Positions 1-9,371 are shown, counted from the stretch's first letter. The stretch: DNA of 64,000 nucleotides from Chitinophagales bacterium (GCA_038228575.1 JBBRPD010000002.1:44781-108780); one strand, 5' to 3'. Notes: generated from the sequence alone by a model not told the origin. A program made the numbers and translations.

Positions 1-454
1 GCTCCGCTAATAGCCTGCTGAGCCAGCCTTCTTTGGTTATATCCCTTACCTTGGCTAGTTGCCCGGCACACGGCAACTTACCCGGAGCCTGCATTAATTT
101 GTCGTAATGCGCTATAACTGCCGGCGAAATATGTCCGTCTAACGTTACCGTCGGTGTTCCCGGTGTTACATGCTCGGCATCGTTTTCGTAAACAACATGC
201 AGAATGAGATTTTGATAGGCTTTATTATTCTGGTGACCATGTTTATTCCAGTCGCTGCTTTTAAGGTGTAATTCAATATTACCTACCAATGTTGTGTTAC
301 CGATCTTGATACGGGATTCCAAAAAATCGGGACCTGCATCGCGGTTTAATTTGCCGGGATGGATAATCGTAAGTTGTTCACCATCGGTTGTGGTGAGGTC
401 AGTAACCTTGTATAAACTATGTTGCCAGATAAATTGAAATAAGGCTTCGGTCAT
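1..454 (-). CDS. DUF2851 family protein (N-terminal part; gene runs off the window start)
   Basis: Absent from the ORF track because it is truncated. Minus-strand ATG at 452-454, open to position 1. Translation MTEALFQFIWQHSLYKV..GKLNRDAGPDFLESRIKIG..GNIELHLKSSDWNKHGH..LILHVVYEND fits the conserved DUF2851 N-terminus as I recall it. Confidence 0.8.
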   Translation of the reverse strand, partial: MTEALFQFIWQHSLYKVTDLTTTDGEQLTIIHPGKLNRDAGPDFLESRIKIGNTTLVGNIELHLKSSDWNKHGHQNNKAYQNLILHVVYENDAEHVTPGTPTVTLDGHISPAVIAHYDKLMQAPGKLPCAGQLAKVRDITKEGWLSRLLAE

Positions 455-793
455 GAAGTAAATATAAATCGACAATTTGACAATTGGGAAATCGTTTTTT
501 TTAGCAGTTTTAAAAAATGCGATGTAACAGGGAAAGAAAAAAGTTTTGATCGCACATAAATGCAGGATGCGGGCTTGCTCAAAAGGTTATTTATAGTTCC
601 AGACACCATGTAGAGACGACATGCCTGGCGCCTCACAAGCCGTTCTTGAGCTATGATTTATTGATTATTTGATACGAATGATTATGTTTCTGATTGAGCA
701 TTCTTAGTGCTTAGAAATGCCACACATTGGAGGTGTGACACATATATACTTTACGAGAAAAAATCATAGTCTTCAATATACTTCTTCTTCCCC

Positions 794-2035
794 CTACTCT
801 TCCAAAAAATTCAAATCTTTACCAAATGTTTCTTCGGTAAAAATAACGGCCAGCGAACTTATGGCCATAACCACTACACCTGTTATTGCGGCGGCATGAA
901 TGTATTCGGCACCCGTCCAGTCTTTTGTAGGCTTCAAGGCATTGAACAGCAAGATAATTAAGGGCAAAGAACCCCGCACCATGTTGGGTACCGTAGTGGC
1001 AGCCGTAGCCCTGAGGTTAGTGCCAAAATGTTCTGCAGCCATAGTAACAAACAATGCCCAAAACCCAGTTGCAAAGCCCATGAACATACAGATGGCATAC
1101 ATACCTGTATCAGTACCTCCAGCTTGCTGAAAGTAGAGAATAATACTCGCAATTGTCATGGCATAGAAAATATACAATGCCATTTTACGGCTTTTAAGCC
1201 AGTTACTCAAAAACCCAATGAGCAGATCGCCAATGGAGATAGCTACATAAGCCAGCATTACCGCTTTACCGGGATCGACCTCGCCTTTCAGGTTAAATGA
1301 TTTTCCGAATTCCTTCGAAAACGTTATGAGTATGCCAATTACATACCAGGTAGGTAGCCCTATCATTATGGCCAGCATATATTTCTTAAAGCGCCTGCCA
1401 TTAGTAAAGAACATGAAGAAGTTGCCTTTCTTCTTATCGCTTACCTGCATGCCCTCATACATACCACTTTCAAAAACGCTTACCCGCAGCAATAACAGGC
1501 AGAGACCGAGACCGCCACCAATGAAATAGCATACCCTCCAGTTGTCGAAACTATGCGCAATAAAATAGGCAGCTACAGCACCCGTTAAACCAATACCAGC
1601 TACGATAGATGTAGCTTTACCTCTTTGCTCTTTCGAAATTAATTCGCTTACCAGCGTTATACCTGCACCCAATTCGCCCGCAAGACCTATGCCGGCAATG
1701 AAACGCGCTAAGGCATATTGATTTGCAGTTTGCACGAAACCATTGGCAATGTTAGCCAGAGAATACAAAATAATGGACCCAAACAACACGCTTAGCCTGC
1801 CCTTTTTATCACCCATTACACCCCACAAAATGCCGCCCAGCAGCAGTCCGTACATTTGTATGCTTATTATGAACTGCCCTTCCGAGCCCACCAAAGCATC
1901 AGTAAGGCCAAGACCCTTGAGGCTCTTTACCCTTATAATGCTGAATAAAAGCAGGTCGTAAATATCAACAAAATAGCCGAGCGCGGCCACAATAACGGGA
2001 ATGCCCAGTAAACCTATGGCTTTGTTTTGCTGCAT
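794..2035 (-). CDS. MFS transporter
   Basis: 413 aa, about 12 hydrophobic helices, MFS motif-A-like 'GDKKGRLSV' after TM2. Confidence 0.85.
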   Translation of the reverse strand: MQQNKAIGLLGIPVIVAALGYFVDIYDLLLFSIIRVKSLKGLGLTDALVGSEGQFIISIQMYGLLLGGILWGVMGDKKGRLSVLFGSIILYSLANIANGFVQTANQYALARFIAGIGLAGELGAGITLVSELISKEQRGKATSIVAGIGLTGAVAAYFIAHSFDNWRVCYFIGGGLGLCLLLLRVSVFESGMYEGMQVSDKKKGNFFMFFTNGRRFKKYMLAIMIGLPTWYVIGILITFSKEFGKSFNLKGEVDPGKAVMLAYVAISIGDLLIGFLSNWLKSRKMALYIFYAMTIASIILYFQQAGGTDTGMYAICMFMGFATGFWALFVTMAAEHFGTNLRATAATTVPNMVRGSLPLIILLFNALKPTKDWTGAEYIHAAAITGVVVMAISSLAVIFTEETFGKDLNFLEE

Positions 2036-2052
2036 GGCGAAAATAGAGGTGT

Positions 2053-2724
2053 TTAATTACTTGCGGTAGGCGTGTCTTTGCTTTTGCCGAAGATCATTTT
2101 AATTAATACCGGACCTGTTGTAATAATGATAATGAGGATCACTATTTTATCAATATTGCGTTTTACAAAATCGTTATGGCCCAACAAATAACCAGCCATT
2201 ATCATACTGATAACCCATGCCAAAGCACCTATAATGCTGTAAGTAATGAATTTTTTGCGGTTCATATCTACAATGCCGCCAACCAACGGAGCAAAGGTTC
2301 TTACAATAGGTAAAAACCTACCCATGATGATAGCTAGATTACCCTTCTTTTCGTAAAAATCGTGTGCCTGTTTCAGGTGCTTTTGTTTAAAAAACCAGGT
2401 TTCTTTCTTTTCGAACCACAGGTGGCCGGAAGTGCGCCCAAACCAATACCCTACCATATTACCGACTATAGCCGACAGGCTTATCATGGCTATCCAATAA
2501 CTGAGATTCATAAATTCATTGGCGAAAGGAGCTGGTGAATTGGCTATTATAATGCCAGTAATAAACAACAACGAATCGCCCGGCAGGAAGAAACCTACGA
2601 ACAAACCTGTTTCCGCGAATATGATGAACATAACAACATATAAACCACCATGGGTAGTAATGAAGTTCATGAGCTTGTCAGGGTCGGCAAGTAAGGTCTT
2701 TAATATTTCAATTATTTGGTGCAT
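2053..2724 (-). CDS. DedA/VTT family membrane protein
   Basis: 223 aa; 'FAETGLFVGFFLPGDSLLF' is the DedA signature; multiple TM helices. Confidence 0.85.
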   Translation of the reverse strand: MHQIIEILKTLLADPDKLMNFITTHGGLYVVMFIIFAETGLFVGFFLPGDSLLFITGIIIANSPAPFANEFMNLSYWIAMISLSAIVGNMVGYWFGRTSGHLWFEKKETWFFKQKHLKQAHDFYEKKGNLAIIMGRFLPIVRTFAPLVGGIVDMNRKKFITYSIIGALAWVISMIMAGYLLGHNDFVKRNIDKIVILIIIITTGPVLIKMIFGKSKDTPTASN

Positions 2725-2810
2725 AATATTTTAACTTCTGTTTGAAAATGGAAAAAGTGTAATAGATAACAGTAACAGGTAGCAGACAGGCAACCGAAAA
2801 ATAGATCCCT

Positions 2811-3287
2811 CTATTTCCTCTTCAACTTGCGACGGCTTTTTACTATTTGTGTTATCTCCCTTATTGAAATTGAAAAGTACCAAATTGCAAGGGTCATACC
2901 CGCAATTACGTAAATAGAGTCGTAAACATTGAAGACTGTAGGTCCTTTACCTAGTATTACCGTAAAATTGGGCGCTACGCCTCCTTTCATTTTGAACTGG
3001 TAATAAAACCTATCGGCTGTAAACCATACTACCAATGCTAAGATGAACAACAGTCGTTCAATTTTAAGCTTTGCAGAATATTTTAAAAAAATGTGTATAA
3101 CGGTACTCAACGCCAACATGCGAATGAGGGTAGCTAAAACTGATTGATACCTATTCCCCCTCCTATCAAACAAATAGAATATAAGAATTATAAACAAGGT
3201 CTGGAGAACCGGGTCAATTATTTTGCCTATTTTAAGGTAATCGATAGGTTCCTTCCTCCTGACATTCGCCTCTTTCTTTTTGCTCAT
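2811..3287 (-). CDS. Hypothetical integral membrane protein
   Basis: ORF 2811-3296. I prefer the ATG at 3285-3287 over the TTG at 3294-3296. Four hydrophobic helices, basic N- and C-termini, no recognised family. Confidence 0.55.
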   Translation of the reverse strand: MSKKKEANVRRKEPIDYLKIGKIIDPVLQTLFIILIFYLFDRRGNRYQSVLATLIRMLALSTVIHIFLKYSAKLKIERLLFILALVVWFTADRFYYQFKMKGGVAPNFTVILGKGPTVFNVYDSIYVIAGMTLAIWYFSISIREITQIVKSRRKLKRK

Positions 3288-3366
3288 CGGGCTCAAATTA
3301 TGCGCTAAAGTATCAAAAATAATACAATCATTTACACTTTAGGAAGTTAACCCTAAATTTACATTC

Positions 3367-4080
3367 ATGAAGGCAATGATATTTGCGGCAGGTTTAGGCA
3401 CCCGCCTGAAACCATTTACAGAAAACGCACCTAAAGCTTTAGCCATGGTTGGGGGCAAAACCCTGTTGGAACGTAACCTGATTTACCTGCAGCAGTTTGG
3501 TATTTTCGATGTTATAATTAATGTGCATCACTTTGCCGGCATGATCGAAGACGCAGTACAAAACAGTAATGGTTTTGGTAGCAACATAACCATATCCGAC
3601 GAGCGGGAAGCTGTACTGGAAACGGGTGGTGGATTGAAAAAAGCAGCGTGGTACTTTGCAGACGAACCTGCTTATGTAGTTATGAATGTAGATGTACTTA
3701 CCAATCTGGACCTGAACAAATTAATTGCAGCTCATAAAACCGGCGATACCGGTACGCTGGCTATAAGTAAGCGACCATCATCGCGGCAATTGCTTTTCAA
3801 TGATGCTAAGCAATTGTGTGGCTGGCAAAATAGCGCAACGGGCGAAGAAAAAATATCACGACCAGAAGCAATAACCCACCCCTACTCTTTTTCGGGCATA
3901 CAAATACTCACCAACGCAATATGGCAAGATGCCCCTTTTGATGGTAAATTTTCGCTGATTGACCTGTACCTGCACAAGGCAAAAACAACAACCATTGCCG
4001 GCTACGACCATACGGGAGATATTTTTATTGACGTAGGCAAGCCTGAAAGTATTGCACAGGCAGAGGGTTTGTTTATTTAA
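3367..4080 (+). CDS. Sugar-1-phosphate nucleotidyltransferase family protein (MurU/mannose-1-P guanylyltransferase-like)
   Basis: 237 aa; N-terminal 'IFAAGLGTRLKPFT' is the GxGTRL nucleotidyltransferase motif. Confidence 0.8.
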   Translation: MKAMIFAAGLGTRLKPFTENAPKALAMVGGKTLLERNLIYLQQFGIFDVIINVHHFAGMIEDAVQNSNGFGSNITISDEREAVLETGGGLKKAAWYFADEPAYVVMNVDVLTNLDLNKLIAAHKTGDTGTLAISKRPSSRQLLFNDAKQLCGWQNSATGEEKISRPEAITHPYSFSGIQILTNAIWQDAPFDGKFSLIDLYLHKAKTTTIAGYDHTGDIFIDVGKPESIAQAEGLFI

Positions 4081-4171
4081 TGGAACCGGTATTGAATTAG
4101 ACAATTTAGGAATTCGACAATTCGGCAATGGGCTACCTAAAATCTCACCGCTGGGGTTTCGTATGGGCGTC

Positions 4172-4274
4172 GATTTGACAACTTTCTAAAAAGTTGTCAA
4201 ATCTGCAAATTGTTCATTGTTTTGTGACTGGCAGCTGTGGCAGCTTTGACAACTTCTGAGAAAGTTGTCAAAGC
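4172..4274. repeat. Two REP-like perfect palindromes built on TTTGACAACTT (4172-4203 and 4243-4274), plus a solo half-site at 4345-4357
   Basis: GATTTGACAACTTT-CTAA-AAAGTTGTCAAATC and GCTTTGACAACTT-CTGAGA-AAGTTGTCAAAGC, read directly. They lie between convergent genes. Confidence 0.85.
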
Positions 4275-4362
4275 GAAATAATGCGATATTCAGAAAAAAT
4301 CATGGCTTTCATAAAAATCAAAAAAATCATGGTTCAGACAATCCGCTTTGACAACTTCCAAT

Positions 4363-4425
4363 AAACTGTAAACTGTAAACTGTAAACTGCAAACTGCCAA
4401 CTGTAAACTGCAAACTGCCAACTCC
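4363..4425. repeat. Heptanucleotide microsatellite (AAACTGT/AAACTGC/CAACTGT), 9 units
   Basis: AAACTGT x3, AAACTGC, AAACTGC, CAACTGT, AAACTGC, AAACTGC, CAACTCC. It ends 1 nt before the stop codon of the 4427-5062 gene. Confidence 0.9.
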
Positions 4426-4426
4426 G

Positions 4427-5062
4427 CTATGGTATGTCTATTTTATCTCCATAAAATTTAGCTTGTTTGTTCAGCACCAGGTCCAGCATCATTTTTACAC
4501 GTGCCATTTTTTCGCGAACAGTTTCTGACCAGTATTTATCACCATCGGCAGCGCAGAGTGCTACTGCCTTTACTTCTTTATGATTTGCAATGTAGAGTGC
4601 CCGCTGGTTGTGGAAGGTTTGCGAAATGATGGTAAATGACGTTTGTCCGAAAATATCGCGGCAACGCAAAATGCTATCCAGTGTGCGGAATCCGGCATTG
4701 TCAAAGAATATGTGGCTCATAGGCACGCCCCGCGCCACCAAATCATCACGCATTAAAAGAGGCTCGTTGTAGTACTGTGTGCTGTTATCACCACTCACAA
4801 TAATATAATCTACCTTGCCCGCCATGTATAGTGCTACGGCCGCATCAATACGCGCCTGATAGTAGGCATTCACTATTTGCCTGCTTTTGTCGTTATACTT
4901 GGCCGTGCCGAGGAGCAAACCAACTTTATTTTTAGGAATAGAGCTTACATTATAATATAGCTGGCTCTGGGTTTCTTTCAATACAATAGCGTTGACCGTC
5001 CACACCAGAGCGATAACCAATAGAAGCAAAGAAAAGAAAATCCATTTAAGCCGTTTAACCAT
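4427..5062 (-). CDS. SanA/YdcF (DUF218) family protein
   Basis: ORF 4427-5170. I prefer the start at ATG 5060-5062 (MVKRLKWIFFSLLLLVIALVW, signal-anchor). 'DYIIVSGDNS..YNEP..M...L...GV....IF.DNAGFRT.DS' is typical of SanA. Confidence 0.8.
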   Translation of the reverse strand: MVKRLKWIFFSLLLLVIALVWTVNAIVLKETQSQLYYNVSSIPKNKVGLLLGTAKYNDKSRQIVNAYYQARIDAAVALYMAGKVDYIIVSGDNSTQYYNEPLLMRDDLVARGVPMSHIFFDNAGFRTLDSILRCRDIFGQTSFTIISQTFHNQRALYIANHKEVKAVALCAADGDKYWSETVREKMARVKMMLDLVLNKQAKFYGDKIDIP

Positions 5063-5233
5063 ACTTTCTGTAAAAAGGATGTGTAAGGTACGCAAATGAT
5101 GGCTAAAAGTCAATTCATTAGCATAAAACACAAATTGAAAGTAGCCTGTGCAGCGCACGCCAATATACATTTGAAGGAAATAACATTATACCGAAAATGT
5201 GAGTCGATGACCATTTTACCCTAATTTTGCGTC

Positions 5234-5623
5234 GTGCCTCGTACGCTTATAGCCATACTACTTCTACTCAGCCTGAGTTACCAGCTTGTTGTAAAGCTAG
5301 GTGTGGTGATATGGTTTGAGTATAACAAAGATTATATAGCCCAAAACCTTTGCGAGAACAGGAATATGCCGGAGAAAAAATGCTGCGGTAAATGCTATCT
5401 GCGCAAGCAATTGAAAAAAGCAGATGATAGCTCAACACCCTCAACCGGCAAAACCATCCCGTCAAAATGGAATATGGGTGAGGTGATGGCGTATGTTGTT
5501 CCACAACAAATAAACGTGCCTTTGGTATTTTCTAAATCCCGTTTTACAATCCCCACGATAAACGACCGGGATTTCCTTTCTGCACCATTGGCTGATGTCT
5601 TCCGTCCGCCACTTTTCTGTTAA
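5234..5623 (+). CDS. Hypothetical membrane-anchored Cys-rich protein
   Basis: GTG start. N-terminal TM helix followed by 'LCENRNMPEKKCCGKCYLRKQL'. TAATTTTG box at 5222-5229, so the leader is very short or absent. Confidence 0.55.
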   Translation: MPRTLIAILLLLSLSYQLVVKLGVVIWFEYNKDYIAQNLCENRNMPEKKCCGKCYLRKQLKKADDSSTPSTGKTIPSKWNMGEVMAYVVPQQINVPLVFSKSRFTIPTINDRDFLSAPLADVFRPPLFC

Positions 5624-5947
5624 TCATTGTGCTATTGCTGATGTAGGTCTACCCCATTAAAATGGGGCGTAAATGCTATTTTACCATCGCCTGAATCTGT
5701 AACACACAGACCAGCCTGTATGCACGCTTCCCGGCATATTCACTTATACGTGACTGCCTGTGCGATGAGCACCTGGCGCGCAACTTTATCTTCATAGATT
5801 ATAGTGCCCAACCTAAGTGCCCGAAATTGCACTTTTGCACGGGTGCATGGCACCTGCAGGTTTGCTGAGTGTACCCTTTATTGCTGTATAACAAGCAATA
5901 ACCGGAACACCCTGTATCTATAACAAACCAACTACAAAACAAAAAAC

Positions 5948-6868
5948 ATGAAACAGCTTTTTTATATCATAGCCACCACAATGGCACTTTGCCAATCAGC
6001 AGCTGCCTGCGACCTTTGCGGATGCGCTGCCAGCAGCCAATATATGGGCCTGCTACCACAGCAATACCAACACTTTATTGGGTTGCAATATCAGTATGCG
6101 AGCTTCACGGCCAACCAGCCCTCCATTTTTGATAAAGACGAAATAGAAAATGCTGATGAATACATAAATACCTACCAGGTTTGGGGCCGCTACAGCCTCA
6201 GCAAAAAGGTGCAATTATTCGCATTCGTACCCTACCACCAAAACAGGGGGACCGATCTGGAAACACCGATTAAGGTAGACGGGTTAGGCGACATAACGGT
6301 GCTTGCCAACATGACCCTTTTAAAGCAGGAGGCTTGCACCAAAAAACTGAAATACACGCTACTTGTTGGTGGCGGAATTAAAGCCCCGACAGGCGCCAAC
6401 AAAGGTATTACCCAACTTGACGAAGAAGGGCTGCCCAATGTGCAAGCCGGCACCGGAGCCTGGGATTTTATTACTAATGCCAACTATACCGTATCGCATG
6501 GCAAATCGGGTTTGAACGTAGATGCATCTTACACATTTACCACTACAACTAAAGAGCACTATAAGTATGGCAATCACCTGAATAGCAGCCTGCTTTATTT
6601 TTACCAACTACAGCAAAAATGGGTAACCCTGTTACCGCAGGTGGGCATTAAATATGAATATGCACTGCATGACTACGACAACTTTGACAGAAAATGGTTG
6701 AACGATAATAGCGGCGGCAGTTTAGTTTTCGCGGCAGCCGGTGTGCAGGCTTTCTGTAACCATATAGGCGCACGGGTACTATACAGCATACCGCTTGCGC
6801 AAAACTATGCCGGGGGCAATGTAACCACGCATTCCCGGTTGGAAACCAGTATCTATTTTCTATTTTAA
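5948..6868 (+). CDS. Outer-membrane beta-barrel protein (MetA-pathway/'transporter' barrel-like) with an N-terminal CDLCGC motif
   Basis: Signal peptide ..CQSAAA then CDLCGCA. Alternating beta-strand pattern and C-terminal ..SIYFLF, typical of OM barrels. Confidence 0.65.
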   Translation: MKQLFYIIATTMALCQSAAACDLCGCAASSQYMGLLPQQYQHFIGLQYQYASFTANQPSIFDKDEIENADEYINTYQVWGRYSLSKKVQLFAFVPYHQNRGTDLETPIKVDGLGDITVLANMTLLKQEACTKKLKYTLLVGGGIKAPTGANKGITQLDEEGLPNVQAGTGAWDFITNANYTVSHGKSGLNVDASYTFTTTTKEHYKYGNHLNSSLLYFYQLQQKWVTLLPQVGIKYEYALHDYDNFDRKWLNDNSGGSLVFAAAGVQAFCNHIGARVLYSIPLAQNYAGGNVTTHSRLETSIYFLF

Positions 6869-6880
6869 AAATCACCACAC

Positions 6881-7282
6881 ATGAACAATTACATAAAAAC
6901 AACCATCATCATAGCGGCAGTGGTATTCCTTGCTTCCTGTCAGAAAAAAGATATTAGCCTTGGTAACCTGAACAATGTAACCGTGCAGTACAAACAGGCT
7001 ATTGACGGTAAGACCTTTCATAAGGGCGACACCGTTGTTATTGATGCTGACGTGGCTTACACCAGCGAGATAAACGGCGTAATGCTGCAAATAGCTGACA
7101 GTGCCACTGATGTCATTCTTTATCAGGACGATCAGGACCTGCATACCGACCATTTTAATTTACAGCACGAATGGGTAGACACTTGCACCACCGCGATGAC
7201 ACTAAAAGTTATTATTACGATTGCCGTAGCTAATGGCACAGAATTTGCGGAAAATAAAATACACGTTAACGTTCAACCTTAA
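6881..7282 (+). CDS. Hypothetical lipoprotein
   Basis: 133 aa; signal plus lipobox-like 'VFLASC'; 13 nt after the barrel gene. Confidence 0.65.
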   Translation: MNNYIKTTIIIAAVVFLASCQKKDISLGNLNNVTVQYKQAIDGKTFHKGDTVVIDADVAYTSEINGVMLQIADSATDVILYQDDQDLHTDHFNLQHEWVDTCTTAMTLKVIITIAVANGTEFAENKIHVNVQP

Positions 7283-7289
7283 ACAACAT

Positions 7290-7676
7290 ATGAAACAGAT
7301 CATCACATTCGTTGCTATTTCAGCACTGTTCTTTGCGTGTAAAACCAAGGACAAAGATGTTGCAGGTAAGGGAGGGAGCGCTACAATAACCGTGTTCCCG
7401 CAACACCACGAAGTTGCGAAAAACCTAACCGCTTTTAAGGCATATATAAAATACGGCACCAAAGATGCACCTACCAGTGGTGTTTACGACGATTCCGTTT
7501 TATTGGCCAACCACGACAGCCTTGTTTCGGGTTCTTTTCCTGGCCTGAATAACGGAGACTACTACCTGTATGCAGCAGGATACGATACCTCCATAAAATC
7601 AGATGTTCATGGCGGCGTGCCCTATTCTATAACCTTACAGACACCTCAATCGGTTTCTGTGCCAGTAAGTGAGTAG
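7290..7676 (+). CDS. Hypothetical lipoprotein
   Basis: ORF 7233-7676. I prefer ATG 7290 (MKQIITFVAISALFFAC), which starts just after the upstream stop. Confidence 0.65.
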   Translation: MKQIITFVAISALFFACKTKDKDVAGKGGSATITVFPQHHEVAKNLTAFKAYIKYGTKDAPTSGVYDDSVLLANHDSLVSGSFPGLNNGDYYLYAAGYDTSIKSDVHGGVPYSITLQTPQSVSVPVSE

Positions 7677-7752
7677 TGCAGCAGGGAAGAAGATAAACGG
7701 GTAAAAAAGTGCGCGATCAGGCACACCAATTGTAACCACAACTATGTAGCGC

Positions 7753-7791
7753 GCGGGTGATTTTACTACAGTAACATCACCCGCCATTTTT
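7753..7791. terminator. Hairpin terminator between convergent genes
   Basis: GCGGGTGAT-(14 nt)-ATCACCCGC followed by CATTTTTC. Confidence 0.5.
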
Positions 7792-8244
7792 CTATAGCTT
7801 CACCTTAACCACCACTTTTTTTACCGTTGCAGGTACACCGTCTTTTATGCACGGCATGTGCGGGTCGGTTGGGTAGAATATCATGAAAGTACCCGCTTCC
7901 ATTTTAGTAAAGAAAGTTGGTTCTTCTGCAAACAGCATATAATCTTCCTGCTCATCGTATGCCTTACAGGGCTGCTGGTCTTTCAGCAAAGCATGCCCTA
8001 CCAGTTCGGCACCTTGTACCATAAACTGTACATCAATGTGTTTGCGGTGCGCCTCCATTTTTTCATCGGCTTTATCAAGCGTCATATACTCCTGCACAAT
8101 GGCAAAAATATCATTACCATCAATTGCGTATTTTCCTGGTGCAAGGGCAAGCAGGTCGGTGGTTTGCAAATATTGAAACGCCTTATTTATTTTAGTGCTT
8201 ACGCCGGCATATAAGTGCGCATTACTTAACTGGTCTACTATCAT
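7792..8244 (-). CDS. YhcH/YjgK/YiaL (DUF386) family protein
   Basis: 150 aa; 'AHRKHIDVQ', 'F.IFYP.D.H.P' cupin-like signature. Confidence 0.8.
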   Translation of the reverse strand: MIVDQLSNAHLYAGVSTKINKAFQYLQTTDLLALAPGKYAIDGNDIFAIVQEYMTLDKADEKMEAHRKHIDVQFMVQGAELVGHALLKDQQPCKAYDEQEDYMLFAEEPTFFTKMEAGTFMIFYPTDPHMPCIKDGVPATVKKVVVKVKL

Positions 8245-8248
8245 TGTT

Positions 8249-8845
8249 TCATTTTATGCTGTGCTGGTTATTGGCTAATGTGTCTTTTATTTTGCGCATC
8301 ATCATGCCAAAAATACTATCACCTTCAAGGTCGGCAAACTTTACCCACTTCATTCCCGTAGCTTCATCTTCATTGTAACTGTTGCCACCGTCCCCGGTGT
8401 ATAAAAACAAGTAGCGGATATCGTGGTGGTAATGTCCGTCCTCGTTCTTTTTTGGGTTAGCTGGTATGTAGTGGGAATCAATATCAAATGGCGTATGCGC
8501 ATTTTCAAATGTGCTGTATAATTTTAACGCTGGCTTCGGTATACCACTTTCCTCTTCGGCTTCCCGAAGGGCTGAATCCATAAGAGATGCATCACCCTCA
8601 AAATGCCCGCCAGGCTGCAACCACTTTTGCAGTGATTTATGCCTGAGTAACAATATCTCCTTACTTGCTGCTTTAACAATAAATGCACTTGTGGTAATAT
8701 GCCCGTCAAAATTTTTCCGGTCATACAGGCCAGCATTATTGTTGCGTGCCAGATAATCGCGGAATATACTGCATCGGTCCGCCTCGTTGGGGAATTGCAA
8801 CAAATAATCGTTAAACAATAGGGCTATATCTGCTTTGGTGGTCAT
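8249..8845 (-). CDS. NUDIX hydrolase
   Basis: Nudix box 'GGHFEGDASLMDSALREAEEESGI'. I prefer ATG 8843-8845 over the TTG at 8851. Confidence 0.85.
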   Translation of the reverse strand: MTTKADIALLFNDYLLQFPNEADRCSIFRDYLARNNNAGLYDRKNFDGHITTSAFIVKAASKEILLLRHKSLQKWLQPGGHFEGDASLMDSALREAEEESGIPKPALKLYSTFENAHTPFDIDSHYIPANPKKNEDGHYHHDIRYLFLYTGDGGNSYNEDEATGMKWVKFADLEGDSIFGMMMRKIKDTLANNQHSIK

Positions 8846-8915
8846 TGGCAAGTGTATAAATTATATCTGCAAAACTAAACGCAATTTTGATTTATCAACA
8901 GCTGAATTTAAGTGC

Positions 8916-8923
8916 TACTTTTG
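8916..8923 (+). promoter_or_regulatory. Bacteroidetes-type -7 box TACTTTTG
   Basis: Exact match to TAnnTTTG, 13 nt upstream of ATG 8937. Confidence 0.4.
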
Positions 8924-8936
8924 ACAGCGACCAATA

Positions 8937-9371
8937 ATGAGCACCAATACCATATCAATTTACTTACTGGCTTTAGCATGCCTGTTCTGGTTAGCCTGCG
9001 CCATGGGTGCCAAACAATGCACCGATTGCAAGGGAACGGGCAAACAAAGATGCGCGCCCTGCGATGGCCATGGCCTGGTAGCGTGTGAATGGTGCGATGG
9101 TGCGGGCCGTAAAAAATGTATGAATTGTGGTGGCAAAGGCAAGCACGAAACGGACGACTACAAATACGTACAGGAACACGGCCAGTTGGTTTACAAAAAT
9201 GTAACCCGCATGGCCCCGTGCGAGCTGTGCCATAAAACAGGAACTGTACCTTGCATGGAATGTAAAAGCAACGGCAAAAAAGCATGCACCAAATGTTATG
9301 GCCGGGGCTTCACTGAATGTGGCACCTGCCTGGGTAAAGGCAAAATAACGAAGGAGTGGAAATTGCAGTAA
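8937..9371 (+). CDS. Exported protein with eight DnaJ-type CxxCxGxG zinc-finger motifs
   Basis: N-terminal hydrophobic signal/anchor. Then CTDCKGTG, CAPCDGHG, CEWCDGAG, CMNCGGKG, a spacer, then CELCHKTG, CMECKSNG, CTKCYGRG, CGTCLGKG. Confidence 0.75.
   Translation: MSTNTISIYLLALACLFWLACAMGAKQCTDCKGTGKQRCAPCDGHGLVACEWCDGAGRKKCMNCGGKGKHETDDYKYVQEHGQLVYKNVTRMAPCELCHKTGTVPCMECKSNGKKACTKCYGRGFTECGTCLGKGKITKEWKLQ

Noticed and set aside
451-899. Small ORFs 451-636 (-) and 717-899 (+)
   Set aside because: They lie in or overlap the intergenic region and the 3' end of the MFS gene. They show no coding signal or family resemblance.
5838-5915. TPP riboswitch-like strings (GGGTGC ... GCTGAG ... ACCCTTT) upstream of the OM barrel gene
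   Set aside because: The pyrophosphate-sensing half (ACCTGATCTGGATAATGCCAGCG-like) is absent and the spacing is wrong. I kept it only as an 'unexplained structured leader' within the operon finding.
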